A DNA stretch of 62,375 nt, filler included, from Squatina squatina (Eukaryota): assembly GCA_031763465.1 (NCBI GenBank). It is 4 parts of 4 records of this genome, joined end to end, with 100 filler letters (N's around TTAATTAATTAA, not from the genome) between each part and the next. Parts side by side here need not be neighbours in the genome. Positions count along the whole stretch, not along the records: positions 19,528 to 32,952 come from JARFOE010000235.1; positions 33,053 to 46,336 come from JARFOE010905836.1; 2 more parts are not named here. One strand, 5' to 3'. A model generated the notes under the pieces. The model did not search any database. It was not told where the DNA came from and saw nothing but the letters and a program-made list of their open reading frames with translations. The translations under genes and the position numbers were made by a program. Below, one piece after another: positions 27,233-40,158 of the stretch; within the stretch, counting starts at the first letter, position 1; each line of letters starts with the position of its first letter.

Positions 27233-27689
27233 CCGTCCACTGGTCACTCGTCCCCCTGTATTCGTTCTTCTCCTTTGGCGTGCGCTTGTAGGCCAGGTTG
27301 TTGCGGTTCTTCCACCGGCACAGCCACCCGTTGGTGGGTTTGAACTCGATGCCCATCTCCTCGGCAAGGGCCTTGGCTTTGGCCATCAGCACTGGCCCCG
27401 AGATCGGGCCTTCCTCCTTGCTGGCCGTCCAGAACCAGCTCAGCAGAGCATCGTCAATGGTCTGGTTCTTCCCCTCACGCTTGCGCTTGCGTTCCAGGTT
27501 CCCACCGCGCAGCCATTCCTCCAGAATCTCCTCTTTCTTCTTGACGATTTTGGAGATGGCGGAGGCAGTGAGCCCATACTCCCGGGCGATCTCCTTCTGC
27601 TTGAAGGAGGGGTCGTTGAGCTTCAAGATGATCTGGACTTTCTGGGCCAGCGTGATGGCGGTCCTTTTGATTTTGATCGGGTTCTCCAT
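27233..27689 (-). CDS. pogo/Tigger (TIGD/CENP-B-type) bipartite HTH DNA-binding exon
   Basis: MENPIKIKRTAITLAQKVQII..KEIAREYGLTASAISKIVK (psq-type HTH), then IDDALLSWF...PISGPVLMAKAKALA...FKPTNGWLCRWKNRNNL (CENPB HTH). Acceptor tgttgcAG| at 27696, 7 nt before the ATG; candidate phase-1 donor G|GTACGA at 27233. Confidence 0.88.
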
Positions 27690-28414
27690 ACCAGCACTGC
27701 AACAGCACAGAAACGGCAGAGAGTACAATAGCGTGTTTATACAAAGAGAGCCTCTAAACTCCTAGCCATAATCCACCCTTTTTGAAATGCCTGACAGGCA
27801 GTGTGGTTGTATACTGGGTGTTTTTTTTTTGTTGCTGTTGTGCGAGGAGTCAGGCAGCATTTACAGCACGGGCATAATGGAAGCTAACAGGCTCCAATGT
27901 GGCTGCTCGCAGAATGTAGAGAAAGAATGTGCTTCTCAGCCTGTGCTGCACAGACCAGGAACAAAGAGGTCTGTGAAACGTGAAGTTGATGCTGAGCAGG
28001 CTTTAGGGATGTGCTTTGTGATGTAAAATAAGTGATCTCATCTGAAATTCGACACCACAGCCCAGCCCTGATAAGATCATCTCCAATTTGCTGACGCGCA
28101 CTTATGATCCTCGGCAGACATTGATCTTATCAGCCACCAGCGGTGCGTAAGGGAAACAGATTGTGGTTTCTTCACAAAAANNNNNNNNNNNNNNNNNNNN
28201 NNNNNNNNNNNNNNNNNNNNNNNNNNNNNNNNNNNNNNNNNNNNNNNNNNNNNNNNNNNNNNNNNNNNNNNNNNNNNNNNCGTGTCTTCTATTGTGGGGG
28301 AGCAAGAAAAGGAGAGGCACTGAATCCAAGCTCAGACAACATGTCACAGCCATGGTTGGAGACCCAGAGATACATGGAGCAGCAGGTCTGTTGAGAAATG
28401 CAGGTAAAAGAGCA

Positions 28415-28815
28415 TTGGGCTTGAAAGAGAAGGCTGATGGAAGTCTTTAAAATTATGGTGGGGTTCGGTAGGGTAGACATAGAGAAAATGTTTCCACTTG
28501 TGGGGGAGACCAAAACTAGGGGTTTTATAGTCACTAATAAATCCAATAAGGAATTCAGGAGAAACTTCTTTACCCAGAGAGGCACAGGATTGAGGGGTCG
28601 AATGGCCTCCTGTGCTGTAACCATTCTGTGATTCTGAGTGGCGAGAATGTGGAACTCGCTACCATAAGGAGTAGTTGAGGCAAAAAGCAGAGGTGCATTT
28701 AAGGGAAGCTTGATAAGTACATGAGGGAGAAAGGAATACAAGGATAGGCTGATAGGGCGAGNNNNNNNNNNGGCCCGAATAGCCTATTTTTGGGCTGCTC
28801 TTTCTATGTAATTCT
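28415..28815 (+). mobile_element. CR1 LINE 3' end with a nested short CR1 tail
   Basis: EVFKIMVGFGRVDIEKMFPLVG..EFRRNFFTQR, interrupted at ~28580-28635 by a second 3' tail (gaatggcctcctgtgctgtaaccattctgtgattct). Confidence 0.8.
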
Positions 28816-29104
28816 GTGTCAAACTGGACCCAGGCAGTGTTAGGAGTACCACGGCAGTGCATGATCTGTGCAGCGACCTCAGTTCCCCTGCTTAGAGCCG
28901 TGAAATAAATCCCTGTATAATATCAATCGGCTGGAGAATTTTCCTAGTAACCAACGGCAAATTATTTCCCAATTAAACCTACACTGAAGATGTCACAGTC
29001 ATTTATCCATCAACTGTGAACATTATTGCACATCAGCAAGATGGAAGCACACTGACACTTGCTATCGGACTGACACGTACAGCCAGCACAAGATACACAT
29101 TCAG

Positions 29105-29585
29105 AACATAGAAGATAGGAGCAGGAGTAGGCCATTCGACCCTAGGCCATTCGACCCTTCGAGCCTGCTCTGCCATTCAATATGATCATGGCTGATCATN
29201 NNNNNNNNNNNNNNNNNNNNNNNNNNNNNNNNNNNNNNNNNNNNNNNNNNNNNNNNNNNNNNNNNNNNNNNNNNNNNNNNNNNNNNNNNNNNNNNNNNNA
29301 TATAAGAGAGTCACCAAGAAATCAAATAGGGAATTCAGAAGTAACTTCTTTACCCAGAGAGTGGTGAGAATGTGGAACTCGCTAGCACAAGATGTGGTTG
29401 AAGCGAATAGTACAGATGTATTTAAGGGGAGGCTAGATAAGCATATGAGGGAGAAGAGAATAGAGGGTTATACTGATAGAGTTAGGCGAGGAAAGGCGGG
29501 AGGAGGCTCGAGTGGAGCATAAACGCCGGCATTGACTGGTTGGGCCGAATGGCCTGTTTATGTGTCGTATATGCTATGTAAATGT
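29105..29585. mobile_element. CR1 3' tails either side of a gap (minus 29105-29199; plus 29300-29585)
   Basis: gaacatagaa..taggagcaggagtaggccattcg on one side; gaattcaga...ttctttacccagagagtggtgagaatgtggaactcgc...gggccgaatggcctg on the other. Confidence 0.85.
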
Positions 29586-32500
29586 TCTGTCTAAATGCAA
29601 GTTGTTGGCTAATGGTGATAGCTCTGGATGCTGGTCCCAGCCTGATGTCCTTTCCTGTATAACCCCTTCCCAACTCCCCTGTCTCCCCAAATCCTCGACT
29701 AAACCAAGGGGCACGAGTTGAAAGGACAGGGTTTGAACTAAGTTTTAAGGGGCCATGTTACCCAGATATCTGCTATCTCCTTCCCTTCTAAACCGAGCAA
29801 TGATTAACACAGATCTATGTTTGAGTGAGAGCTGCTCACGTCTTAATGAAGCAATTCAGGTCAGTCTTAACAATGCAGATGGAAGAAAGGGTTGCTGGGT
29901 TCTTGATGGATGGAGCCTCTGGGGCCAGGGGCTTTGGCATGCCATCAATTAACCTGACAAGCTTTGGATTTGTCACAGAATCCCGCTAATTAAGGAATGT
30001 TCGATGGCTTATGTACTTTAGCCTCATTAGAACTCCCCCATCTAGTCTTTGCAGTGAAAGCGTCTCCTCCTCTCCGTGAGGCCCAGTAAACATCGGTCCA
30101 CAGCTGAGCCCTAAACAGCAGCTGGAATATTCGAGCAACGACTGTAATAGGAATTGTTCTGAACAGGAATGCGGCTAATTGCGCGTTACTTGGTCTCGGA
30201 ATTCCGAAGTCAGCATCAATATTGGATTGAGGGAAATCTGAGATCCCTGCAGTTCTGGGACAACTTGTGTAGGTGAAGTTCAACAACATCTTGCAGTTAT
30301 ACAGCACCTTTAAGGTAGTAANNNNNNNNNNNNNNNNNNNNNNNNNNNNNNNNNNNNNNNNNNNNNNNNNNNNNNNNNNNNNNNNNNNNNNNNNNNNNNN
30401 NNNNNNNNNNNNNNNNNNNNNTTACATCGGTGCTGGCATCAATCTGCGCAGATGCTCGCTAATTATACTAAATTTGTAATATACTGAACTGAGCTCGGGG
30501 ATTCTGATCAGTGCCAGGTTTCCGGGAATTATGGGATGCCTGATTCTCCCCCCACTGCCCCCTCCCCCACCCTTTCGTTGCCTTGGGGTTTTATTACAGG
30601 GAGATTTTAATGCGCGACTCTCCGAATGGAACTGTACCCAAGAACTCGGGTCTCCGAGTTGCATTGGGCCGGACGCGGGAATGGGGAGGGAAGGGTCACC
30701 TGCGAGCTCAGGTCAAACTCTTCCGGGCGACCATCCGACAGCGACCCTGTCAAACCGTCTCGTTGCCGGAGAGGCATGTTGCTAAGTGACTGCTCCCAGG
30801 TACTCCTGTGCGGCTGAGCCTGTGGAAACAGCTGCCAGGAGCGAGTGGCTGTGATAATTTCCTGCTCGCTGACTCTTGTATCTGTTGCCTTTTGCCATCC
30901 TGTCTGCTCACAAGCTGGCTGAAGGATCCTGGCAACGCAGCAGGGCCCTCCTCATTNNNNNNNNNNNNNNNNNNNNNNNNNNNNNNNNNNNNNNNNNNNN
31001 NNNNNNNNNNNNNNNNNNNNNNNNNNNNNNNNNNNNNNNNNNNNNNNNNNNNNNNNGAGGGGAGGAGGGCGGGTTTCAGGGCTCCAGAGAGAAACATCTC
31101 CAGAACACCTTCCCAAAGCCCCACCAACATTCACTTCTTCCTCCCCTCCTCAAACCCTGCCTTGTTTGAACTCTGCTCTTGGCCATCTCTCCTCACTCCT
31201 CCGACTGATGGTCAGCATCTAGCTGCTCCTTCGTGCACGCCTGTGGCTGCTTCAACGCCATTAGAGGTGGCGAGGAAAGTGCAAAGTGAAGCAATGTTTT
31301 CTTTGGGTCCCGAGGGTGCGTTGAGGAGGGGGCGGTGGGTGAGGGGTCCTGCCGACACAACCAGCGGTAATGGGGAAATGTTATTTAATCTGCTAATAAA
31401 ACATTAAACTTTACTTGAACTCTTTGTTTTACAATATATTTCTGCTGCCTGCTTTCATGCATCTCAGAATGACCCCATCAGTGACAGGTGCTGCTTGCCG
31501 ATTGGCTGGAGTGATAAATGGAAAACCCCTCAGGTGCTCATCATTCCTGGCTGAGATTGGTTGGGCCTGGGGAGCTGAGCTGCAAACACAGTCACTCAAT
31601 GAAAGACAACAACCTGCATTTATATAGTGCCTGCATTCACCCCCTGCCCCCCCACCCCGAGGAGAGGAGAGAAATGAGGGATAAATGGACGCTGAACAGC
31701 AGTCGGCAGTGATAAATAACTGGAGCCAAAGTCAAAGAGCAAGCGTAAGAACAGGCTTTCGGCAATGGGCGAGAGGAGTGTCAAGAGTACTGGCTTTACC
31801 ATAGCCCCTCGTCGTATGATTTTNNNNNNNNNNNNNNNNNNNNNNNNNNNNNNNNNNNNNNNNNNNNNNNNNNNNNNNNNNNNNNNNNNNNNNNNNNNNN
31901 NNNNNNNNNNNNNNNNNNNNNNNATATCAGAAATCCAGTTCCATTTCTTTTGCCTTGCTGATCAACAATTGTGAAGTCCTCGAAGGGTTAGCTGTGCAGC
32001 CAAACCCTGGTGTGAGTGAACACGATGAAGAGAGGGAAAGGTTAATTAACGCACAATGAAAAGGAGCACACGGTTCTGTAGTGAGCTCAGTCTGCTGATT
32101 GGTGCTTTGGAGTAGTTTAGCGCACTTGTTGCATGAACATCGAAGTTGACACGACAACCGATATAAGTAAAGAGAACAGTTTGCTTAATTAGCCTTTACA
32201 AATAATACGTGCAAAGGAAAGGTCAGGACTAAGTGGGTTATATTTCTTTCAGTTCCCTCATTTAGGCATCGGTGTCCTGGTAATATAACAGGCACCATTC
32301 AGTTTTCCACTTGACCCATTCGGAGTGCAGTTATTTGAATTTTCTGTGCAAGCTGTCAGCTCTCATCACTTGTCTGTGCACTTGTAGATATAAATGCCAG
32401 ATGGGTGTGTTTTTAGTCGCTTCTATGTTCTGTTCAGTTGCACAGGGTGACACAGAACCCAGAATGGAATCTGTGCCTGTGGTTTATATCCTCTGACAGT

Positions 32501-32724
32501 GAAAGATTCATTCGCCAATTAATCCAGATCAGATTGAAACTTTCTTTCCAAAATGAAATTACGATCCAGTTGGGTGAACAAGGCTCTCATGCATTCNNNN
32601 NNNNNNNNNNNNNNNNNNNNNNNNNNNNNNNNNNNNNNNNNNNNNNNNNNNNNNNNNNNNNNNNNNNNNNNNNNNNNNNNNNNNNNNNNNNNNNNNNNNN
32701 NNNNNNNNNNNNNNNNNNNNNNNN

Positions 32725-32920
32725 GGAGAGCAAGAGAGTGAGAAAGCGAGAGGGAGAGAGCAAGAAAGGCAGCACGAAATAGAGAGAGGGGCAGAGAGCA
32801 AGAAAGTGTGAGAGCGAGAGATAGAGAGTGAGAAAGAGGAAGAGAGACAGATAGACTGAGAGAGACAGAGAGCAAGAGTCAGACCGACAGAGACAGAAAG
32901 AGAGAGTGAGAGAGAGCGAT
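32725..32920. repeat. GA-rich low-complexity microsatellite
   Basis: (GA)n-like purine tract next to a gap. Confidence 0.9.
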
Positions 32921-32952
32921 AACGATACATCTTTCACCATCCGTAAACTGGA

Positions 32953-33052
32953 NNNNNNNNNNNNNNNNNNNNNNNNNNNNNNNNNNNNNNNNNNNNTTAA
33001 TTAATTAANNNNNNNNNNNNNNNNNNNNNNNNNNNNNNNNNNNNNNNNNNNN
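32953..33052. other. Artificial contig-joining linker
   Basis: N-run + TTAATTAATTAA (32997-33008) + N-run. Confidence 0.97.
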
Positions 33053-33325
33053 AGGACTGAGATGAGGAGAAATTTCTTCACACAGAGGGTAGTGAACCTG
33101 TGGAATTCTCTACCACAGAAGGCTGTGGAAGCCGGGTCACTGAGTATATTCAAGAAGGAGATGGATAGATTTTTAGACACTAAAGACATCAAGGGGTACG
33201 GGAAGAAAGTGGGAATATGGTGATGATGTATAGGATCAGCCATGATCATATTGAATGGCAGAGCAGGCTCGAAGTGCCGAATGGCCGACTCCCTGCTCCT
33301 ATTTTCTATGTTTCTATGTTTCTAT
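33053..33325 (+). mobile_element. Young CR1 LINE 3' end
   Basis: EMRRNFFTQRVVNLWNSLPQKAVEA, then a 3' UTR ending (tttctatg)n. Confidence 0.9.
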
Positions 33326-33329
33326 AATA

Positions 33330-34600
33330 ATGCATAGTCAGCATGGATTCCAAAAGGTAAAATCTTGCTTGACCAACCTCATTCAATGTTTTGAAGAGTT
33401 AACAGAGAGTAGACAAGGGTAAAACAGTGGATGTAATTTATCTAGATTTTCATAAGGCCTGCGCTATGGTACCCGACTAATGAACAAGGTCAGAGAATGC
33501 AGAGTCAGGGGACAAGTGGCAGAATGGATAGCTAGCTGGCTACAATATGGAATGCAGAGAGTAGGGGTAAAAGGTAGCAGAATTCACAGTGGCAGAATGT
33601 GGGTAGTGGTGTTCCACAAGGATTAGCGCTGGGACCGTTGTTGTTCACAATTTATATTAATGGTCTAGACTTTGGAATCAAAAACACAATTTCTAATTTT
33701 GAGGATGACACCAAATTAGGAGTGATAGTCAATACTGAGGAGGATTTCAACCAATTACAGGATGACATTAAAAACCTTGCAGAATGGGCATATAATTGGC
33801 AAATGTAGTCCAACACAGATAAATGTGAGGTATTACATTTTGGAAGAAAGAATAGGGAGGTCATTTACTACTTGGAGCGTGCAAATCTAGATGGGGTAGA
33901 GGAACAAAGGGATCTCGGTGTACAAATACAAAAATCACTAAATGTTGCATCACAAGTTAGCAAAGCCATTAAAAAAAGCGATCCAAGCACATGTGTTTAT
34001 TTCCAGAGGCATGGAATTGAAAAGTAGGGAAGTTATGCTAAACCTGTATCGAATCTTGGTTAGTCCACACTTATAATACTGTACAGTTCTGGTTGCCATA
34101 TTTTATATAGAGGCACTGGAGAGGGTGCAGAGAAGATTTACAAGGATGACACCAGAAATGCGATGGTATACATATCAGGAAAGGATGAACCGACTGGGTC
34201 TCTTTTCTCTTGAAAAAAGAAGGCTGATGGGTGACCAAATAGAGATCTTTAAAATGATGAAAGGGTTTGATAGAGTGGATACAGAGAGAATGTTTCCACT
34301 TGTGGGGAAGTGCACGCGAGAAGCCATCACTATAAGATAGTCAACAAGAAATACAATAGGGAATTCAGAAGAAACTTCTTTACCCAAAGAGCAGCAAGAG
34401 TGTGGAACTCGCTACAACAGGGAGTGTTTGAAGCAAATAGTATGGATGCATTTACAAGCATACGAGGGAGAAGGGTTATGCTGATAGATTTAGATGAGGA
34501 AAGACGGGAGGAGGCTTGAGTGGAGCATAAATGTCGGCATGGACTGTTTGGGCTGAATGGGCTATTTCTGTGTCGTATATCCTATGTAATCCTATGTAAA
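33330..34600 (+). mobile_element. 5'-truncated CR1 LINE: decayed reverse transcriptase to 3' tail
   Basis: SQHGF..GKSCLTNL, VDVIYLDF, GSGVPQGLALGPLLFTIYIN, FEDDTKL (FADD-like), KCEVLHFG; stops and frameshifts; tail (atcctatgta)n. Confidence 0.95.
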
Positions 34601-34969
34601 CTGAGTTCGGTCTATGACACCCAAAAGCCGCATACAGAAATGGAAGAAGCCTGGGGTTTGATATGGTAGAACGCAAACTAGCTGAGAACTGAAATAATCT
34701 AGAATAAGAAAAAACCTGGAACAGTCGGTAACAGCACATCAATTAGACTTCACTTATCATGTAGAAATCAAATATTCGACACACTATGTTTGAAACAAAG
34801 ATGATTTATTCAATATTTACAGAAAGAGAACACATATTTGTTCTCAATATTGATAGCGAATCTTAATCCCCAGCCCAGGTACAGGGTTATTAAGCTGAGC
34901 AGAAACAAACTCTCGCTGCCAGAATGAACACAGTTCAGTGCTCAATGCAATCCCAGTAACTCCTGTTCC

Positions 34970-35410
34970 AGTCCCTCGTGCGGCCTTTCAATGGCGGGGC
35001 TTTTACCCAGCATTCCTCACAAAGACTGCAGGAGCCCAGTGCGCAGGCGCGGGACCTGCCTGGGTTCGGAGCATGCGCGGTGCGTGTAATGGCAGGGCTG
35101 GCAGTTGAGAAATGTGCTCGTGAAATTCGTTGAGATTGAGCGGGACGGAGCGGAGAAATCGGCCTGCGGGTGGGCGGTAAGGCTTTATAAACACCTGGTG
35201 CAGGCCGCGAGCCCGGAATAATAACCTGAAGGTACCGCGTTTGCAGATTCGGGGCTTTCTCGCGGTCACAGGCCCGGCTAACGGCCGCCATCTTTGTGCA
35301 GGAAGTAAGGTTCAGAGCTCCGCCATCTTGGTTCAGTGAGTAGCAAAGCGCATGCGCGGCCTTTTTGGGGGGGAACAATGAGTGGGCGGGGCTTCAGTGT
35401 TTGTTCCCAA
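34970..35410. promoter_or_regulatory. CpG-island housekeeping-type promoter, probably bidirectional
   Basis: CpG-rich. NRF1-type GCGCATGCGC (35348) and GCGCAGGCGC (35041); YY1-type CCGCCATCTT twice (~35286, ~35320); ETS CAGGAAGT (~35299); GC box GGGCGGGG (~35384). Confidence 0.75.
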
Positions 35411-35569
35411 CCGGGTCCAATTGCCCGGGAGAATCAATCATTGCTCCAGTTATTTTATTCTCGCTCTCCACACCTCGATTTCTCACCATCTCTCCTAAAG
35501 GCGCTGGTCAGTGTACAGCTTACGGTTTACATATCACACAGTTGGAACAGAAAAGCCCCAGAGCTGGAT

Positions 35570-36355
35570 CCCCGTGTACAGTCCAATGGTGAGTATCCCC
35601 ATGTACAGTCCCAGGGTTAGAATCCCCATGTGTAGTCCCAGGGTTAGAATCCCCTTGTGTAGTCCCAGGGTTAGAATCCCCATGCACAGTCCCAGGGTGA
35701 GAATCCCCATGCACAGTCCCAGGGTTAGAATCCCCGTGTACAGTGCCAGGGTTAGAATTCCCGTGTACAGTCAGGTTTAGAATCCCCGTGTACAGTCCCA
35801 GGGTTAGATCCCCTTGTACACTCCAGTGGTGAGTATCCCCATTTACAGTCCCAGGGTTAGAATCCCCGTGTACAGTCCCAGGTTTAGAATCCCCATGCAC
35901 AGGCCCAGGGTTAGAATCCCTGTGCACAGTCCCAGGGTTAGAATCCCCGTGTCCAGTCCCAGGGTTAGAATCCCCGTGTACAGTCCCAGGGTTAGAATCC
36001 CCGTGTACAGTCCCAGGGTTAGAATCCCCGTGTATAGTCCCAGGGTTAGAATCCCCGTGTATAGTCCCAGGGTTAGAATCCCCATGTACAGTCCCAGGGT
36101 TAGAATCCCCATGTATAGTCCCAGGGTTAGAATCCCCATGTGCAGTCCCAGGGTAAGAATCCCAATGGACAGTCCCAGGGTTAGAATCCCCGTGTACAGT
36201 CTCAGGGATAGAATCCCCATGTGCAGTCCCAAGTTTAGAATCCCCGTGTACAGTCCCAGAGTCAGAACCCCAATATACAGTCCCAGGTTCAGAATCCCCA
36301 TGTACAGTTCCAGGGTTGGAATCCTCATGTACAGTCCCAGGGTTAGAATCCCCAT
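35570..36355. repeat. 27-bp minisatellite A (TACAGTCCCAGGGTTAGAATCCCCGTG)n
   Basis: About 29 tandem units, seen as the 9-aa period YSPRVRIPV in the ORF track. Confidence 0.97.
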
Positions 36356-39300
36356 GTTATTACTGCCCTCGATCCTGTCTCTTTTTATTAAACTAGACTC
36401 TGCCTCAGATATAACTGCACAAGACCGTATCTCCAGCTATATTATATAGATGCTGTCTCTGTTTATATTACACTAGACCCTGTCTTTTTTTATATTACAC
36501 CAGACCCTGTCTCTGTTTAGATTACACGAGAACCTGTCTCACTTATTACTGCACAACACCCTGTCTCTGTTTAGATTACACTGGACTATGTCTCTGTAAA
36601 TATTAAACAAGACCCTGTCTCTTATTATTGCACTCGATCCTGTCTCTATTTATATTATGCGAGACCATATCTCTGTTTATATTACACTGGAACCTGACAC
36701 TATATATTACACAAGACCGTGACTCTATTTATATTTCACGAGACCCTGTCTCTATTTACATTACACTGGGCCCTGTCTCAGTTATTACCACACAAGACCT
36801 TGTCCCTGCTTATATTACACAAGACACTGTCTCAGTTTATATTACACCAGACCATGTCTCTGTTTATATTACACTAGACCCTGTCTCTGTTTATCACACA
36901 CCACACCCCGTCTCTGTTTATCATACACTAGACCCTGTCTCTGTTTATATTATACTAGACCCTGTCAGTTTAAAATTGCACTGGACCCTGTCTCTGTTTA
37001 TATTAGACCAGACCCTGTCTCAGTTATTATTACACCAGACCATGTCTCCATATATATTGCACGAGAGCCTGTCTCTGTTTATATGACACGACACCCAGTC
37101 TCCAATTATATTATACACGACCCTGCCTCTCTTTATATTACGCTATGCCCAGTCTCTATTTATATTGCACGAGACCCTGTCTCTGTTTATATTACACTAG
37201 ACCCTGCCTCTATTTATCTTAAACTAGACCCTGTCTCTCTTTGTTTTATGCGAGATCCTGTCTCTATTCATCTTACAGGAGACCCTGTCTCTATTTATAT
37301 TACACTAGACCCTGTCTCTGTTTCAATTTCACTAGACACCGACTCTATTTGTATTACACTAGACGCTGGTCTCTGTTTAAATTTCATGAGACCCTGTCTC
37401 TGTTTATATTACATGGGACCCTCTCTCCTTTTATTTTAGACTTGACCCTGTCTCTGTTTATATTATGAGACCCTGTCTCTCTTGAAACATGACTAGACCT
37501 TGTCTCTCTTTAGATTACACTAGACCCCTGTCTCTGTTTACATTACACTAGATAATGTCTCCATTTATATTACTTTAGACCCAATCTCTTTTTATTTTAC
37601 ACTAGACCCTGATACTGTTTGTATTACTCGAGACCCTGTCTCTGTTTATATTACACAAGACGTAGTCTCTATTTAAATGGCACTACATTCTGTCTCTGTT
37701 TATATTACACTAGACCCTGTCTCTGTTTATATTACTGTAGACCCTGTCTCTGTTTATATTACTGTAGACCCTGTCTCTGTTTAAATTACATGAGAACCTG
37801 TCTCTGTTTATATTGCACCAGACCCTGTCTCTCTTTATTTTATACTAGACCCTGTCTCTCGTTAATTACACTAGACCCTGTCTCTGTTTATATTACACAA
37901 CACCTTGTCTCTGTTTAAATTACATGAGAACCCGTCTCTGTTTATATTGCACCAGACCCTGTCTCTCTTTAATTACACTAGACCCTGTCTCTGTTTATAT
38001 TGCTCAAGACCTTGTCTCTATTTATATTGCACAAGATCCTGTTTCTGCTTACGTTACACGAGACCATGTCTCCATTTTTTACTATTTTTTACCCTAGACC
38101 CAATCTCTGTTCATTTTATACGAGACCCTATCGATATTTATATTACACTAGACCCTGTCTCTATTTATATTACACTTGAACCTGTCTCTATGTATATGAC
38201 ACTAGACCATGTCACTGTTTATTTTACACTTGGCACTGTCTCTATTTATATTACACTAAGCTCTCCTGTTTATATTACAGTAGACCCTGTCCCTGTTTTT
38301 ATTACACTAGACCCTGTCCCTGTTTCACTTACACTTGACACTGTCTCTGTTTATATTACGCGAGTCATTGTCTCTGTTGATATTACACTCAACCCTGTCT
38401 CTGTTTATATTACACGGGACCCTCTCTCTGTTTATATCAGACTGGACCCTATCTCAGTTATTAATACACAAGACTCTGCCTCCGTTTATATTACACCAGA
38501 CCATGTCTCCATATATATTACATGGGACCTTGACTCTGTTCATATTGCACAAGACCCAGTCTCTGTATTACATGAGACCCTGTCTCTATTTATATTCCAC
38601 TAGATCCTGTCTCTGTTTATATTCCACTAGATCCTGTCTCTATTTATTTTTACACAAGACCCTGCCTCTGTTTATATTACACACGACCCTGTCTTTCTTT
38701 ATATTACGCTACACCCAGTCTCTATTTATATTGCACGAGACCCAGTCTCTGTTTATATTACACAAGACCCTGTCTCTATTTATCTCAAACTAGACCCTGT
38801 CTCTTTGTTTTATGCGAGACCATGTCTCCATTTATATTTCACTAGACTCTGTCTCTTTAAATTTCACTAGACCCTGTCTCTGTTTAAATTTCACTCGACC
38901 CTGTCTCTGTTTAAATTTCACTCGACCCTGTCTCTGTTTAAATTTCACGAGACCCTGTCTCTGTTTAAATTTCACTAGACCCTGTCTCTGTTTAAATTTC
39001 ACTAGACCCTGTCTCTGTTTAAATTTCACTAGACCCTGTCTCTATTTATATTACACTAGACCCTGTCTCTGTTCATATTACACTAGACCCTGTCTCCTTT
39101 TTATATTATACTAGACCCTGTCCCTGTTTATATTGCACCAGATCCTGTCTCTTTATATTGCACCAGACCCTGTCTATTTATATTGCACTCGACCCTGTCT
39201 CTGTTCATATTACATCAGACCCTGTCTCTAGTTACATTACAGTAGACCCTGTTTCTGATTACTTTACGCTAGACCCTGTCTCTATTTATATTACACCAGA

Positions 39301-39815
39301 GCATATCCCTTTTATACTGCACTGGACGCTGTCTCTTTTGAAATTACACTGGATGCTGTCTCTGTTTATACTACATTAGACGGTGTCTCTATTTATGTTA
39401 GACTACACTCTGTCTCTGTTAATATTACACTAGATCCTGTCACTATTTATGTTAGACTACACTCTGTCTCTGTTAATATTACACTAGATCCTGTCTCTTT
39501 ATGTTACACCCTGTTTCTATTTAGATTATATTGGACCCTGTCTCTATTTAAATTACACAAGACCATATTCCTTTCATATTATACTGGACCCTGTCCCTGT
39601 TCAACTTACACTAGACCCTGTCTCTGTTCATATTGCACCAGACCATGTCTATTATTGCTGCACTAGACCCTGTCTCTGTTTATATTACACTAGGCCCTGT
39701 CTGTTATTACTGCTCCAGACCCTGTCTCTGTTTATATTACACAAGACCCTGTCTCTATTTATATTACACTCGACCCTGACCCTGTTATATTACACAGGAC
39801 CCTGTCTCTGTTATT
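36356..39815. repeat. 27-bp minisatellite B (TACACTAGACCCTGTCTCTGTTTATAT)n
   Basis: More than 100 degenerate units with the 9-aa period YITLDPVSV; a homogeneous sub-array with TTTAAATTTCAC lies at ~38850-39040. Confidence 0.97.
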
Positions 39816-40158
39816 TCTGTACTCGTACTGAAGCCAGCCAGAGTTGGTGGCGCAAACTGGGAACGGAGGACAAACTGCCTTGAGACGTGTGATGTGTTTG
39901 GCTTTAGCACAGGGAGGATGGACAATGTGCAGGATAAGGATTTACAGCTTTGCATGAAAAAGAGAGGGCAGAATGTTCCATAGAAACTAGAATTGTCTGT
40001 TCTGAATTTCTATTCTGTGCTTACAGTAATGAGTTTTGTGACCTCCTTTTATACGGTATTAGATGGGAAACTGAAACCAAACATCACGTCAAAATCTGAC
40101 AGAGTCACCTGATTGAACAGGATCTGAATATCATCGGCCTTTGAATGTGGAAGGAGAA

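Noticed and set aside
35511-39379. Repetitive ORFs (YSPRVRIPV, ILTLGLYTG, YITLDPVSV, TRPCLCL) as proteins
   Set aside because: They arise from 27-bp (multiple-of-3) tandem repeats, are open in several frames and strands, and have no gene structure.
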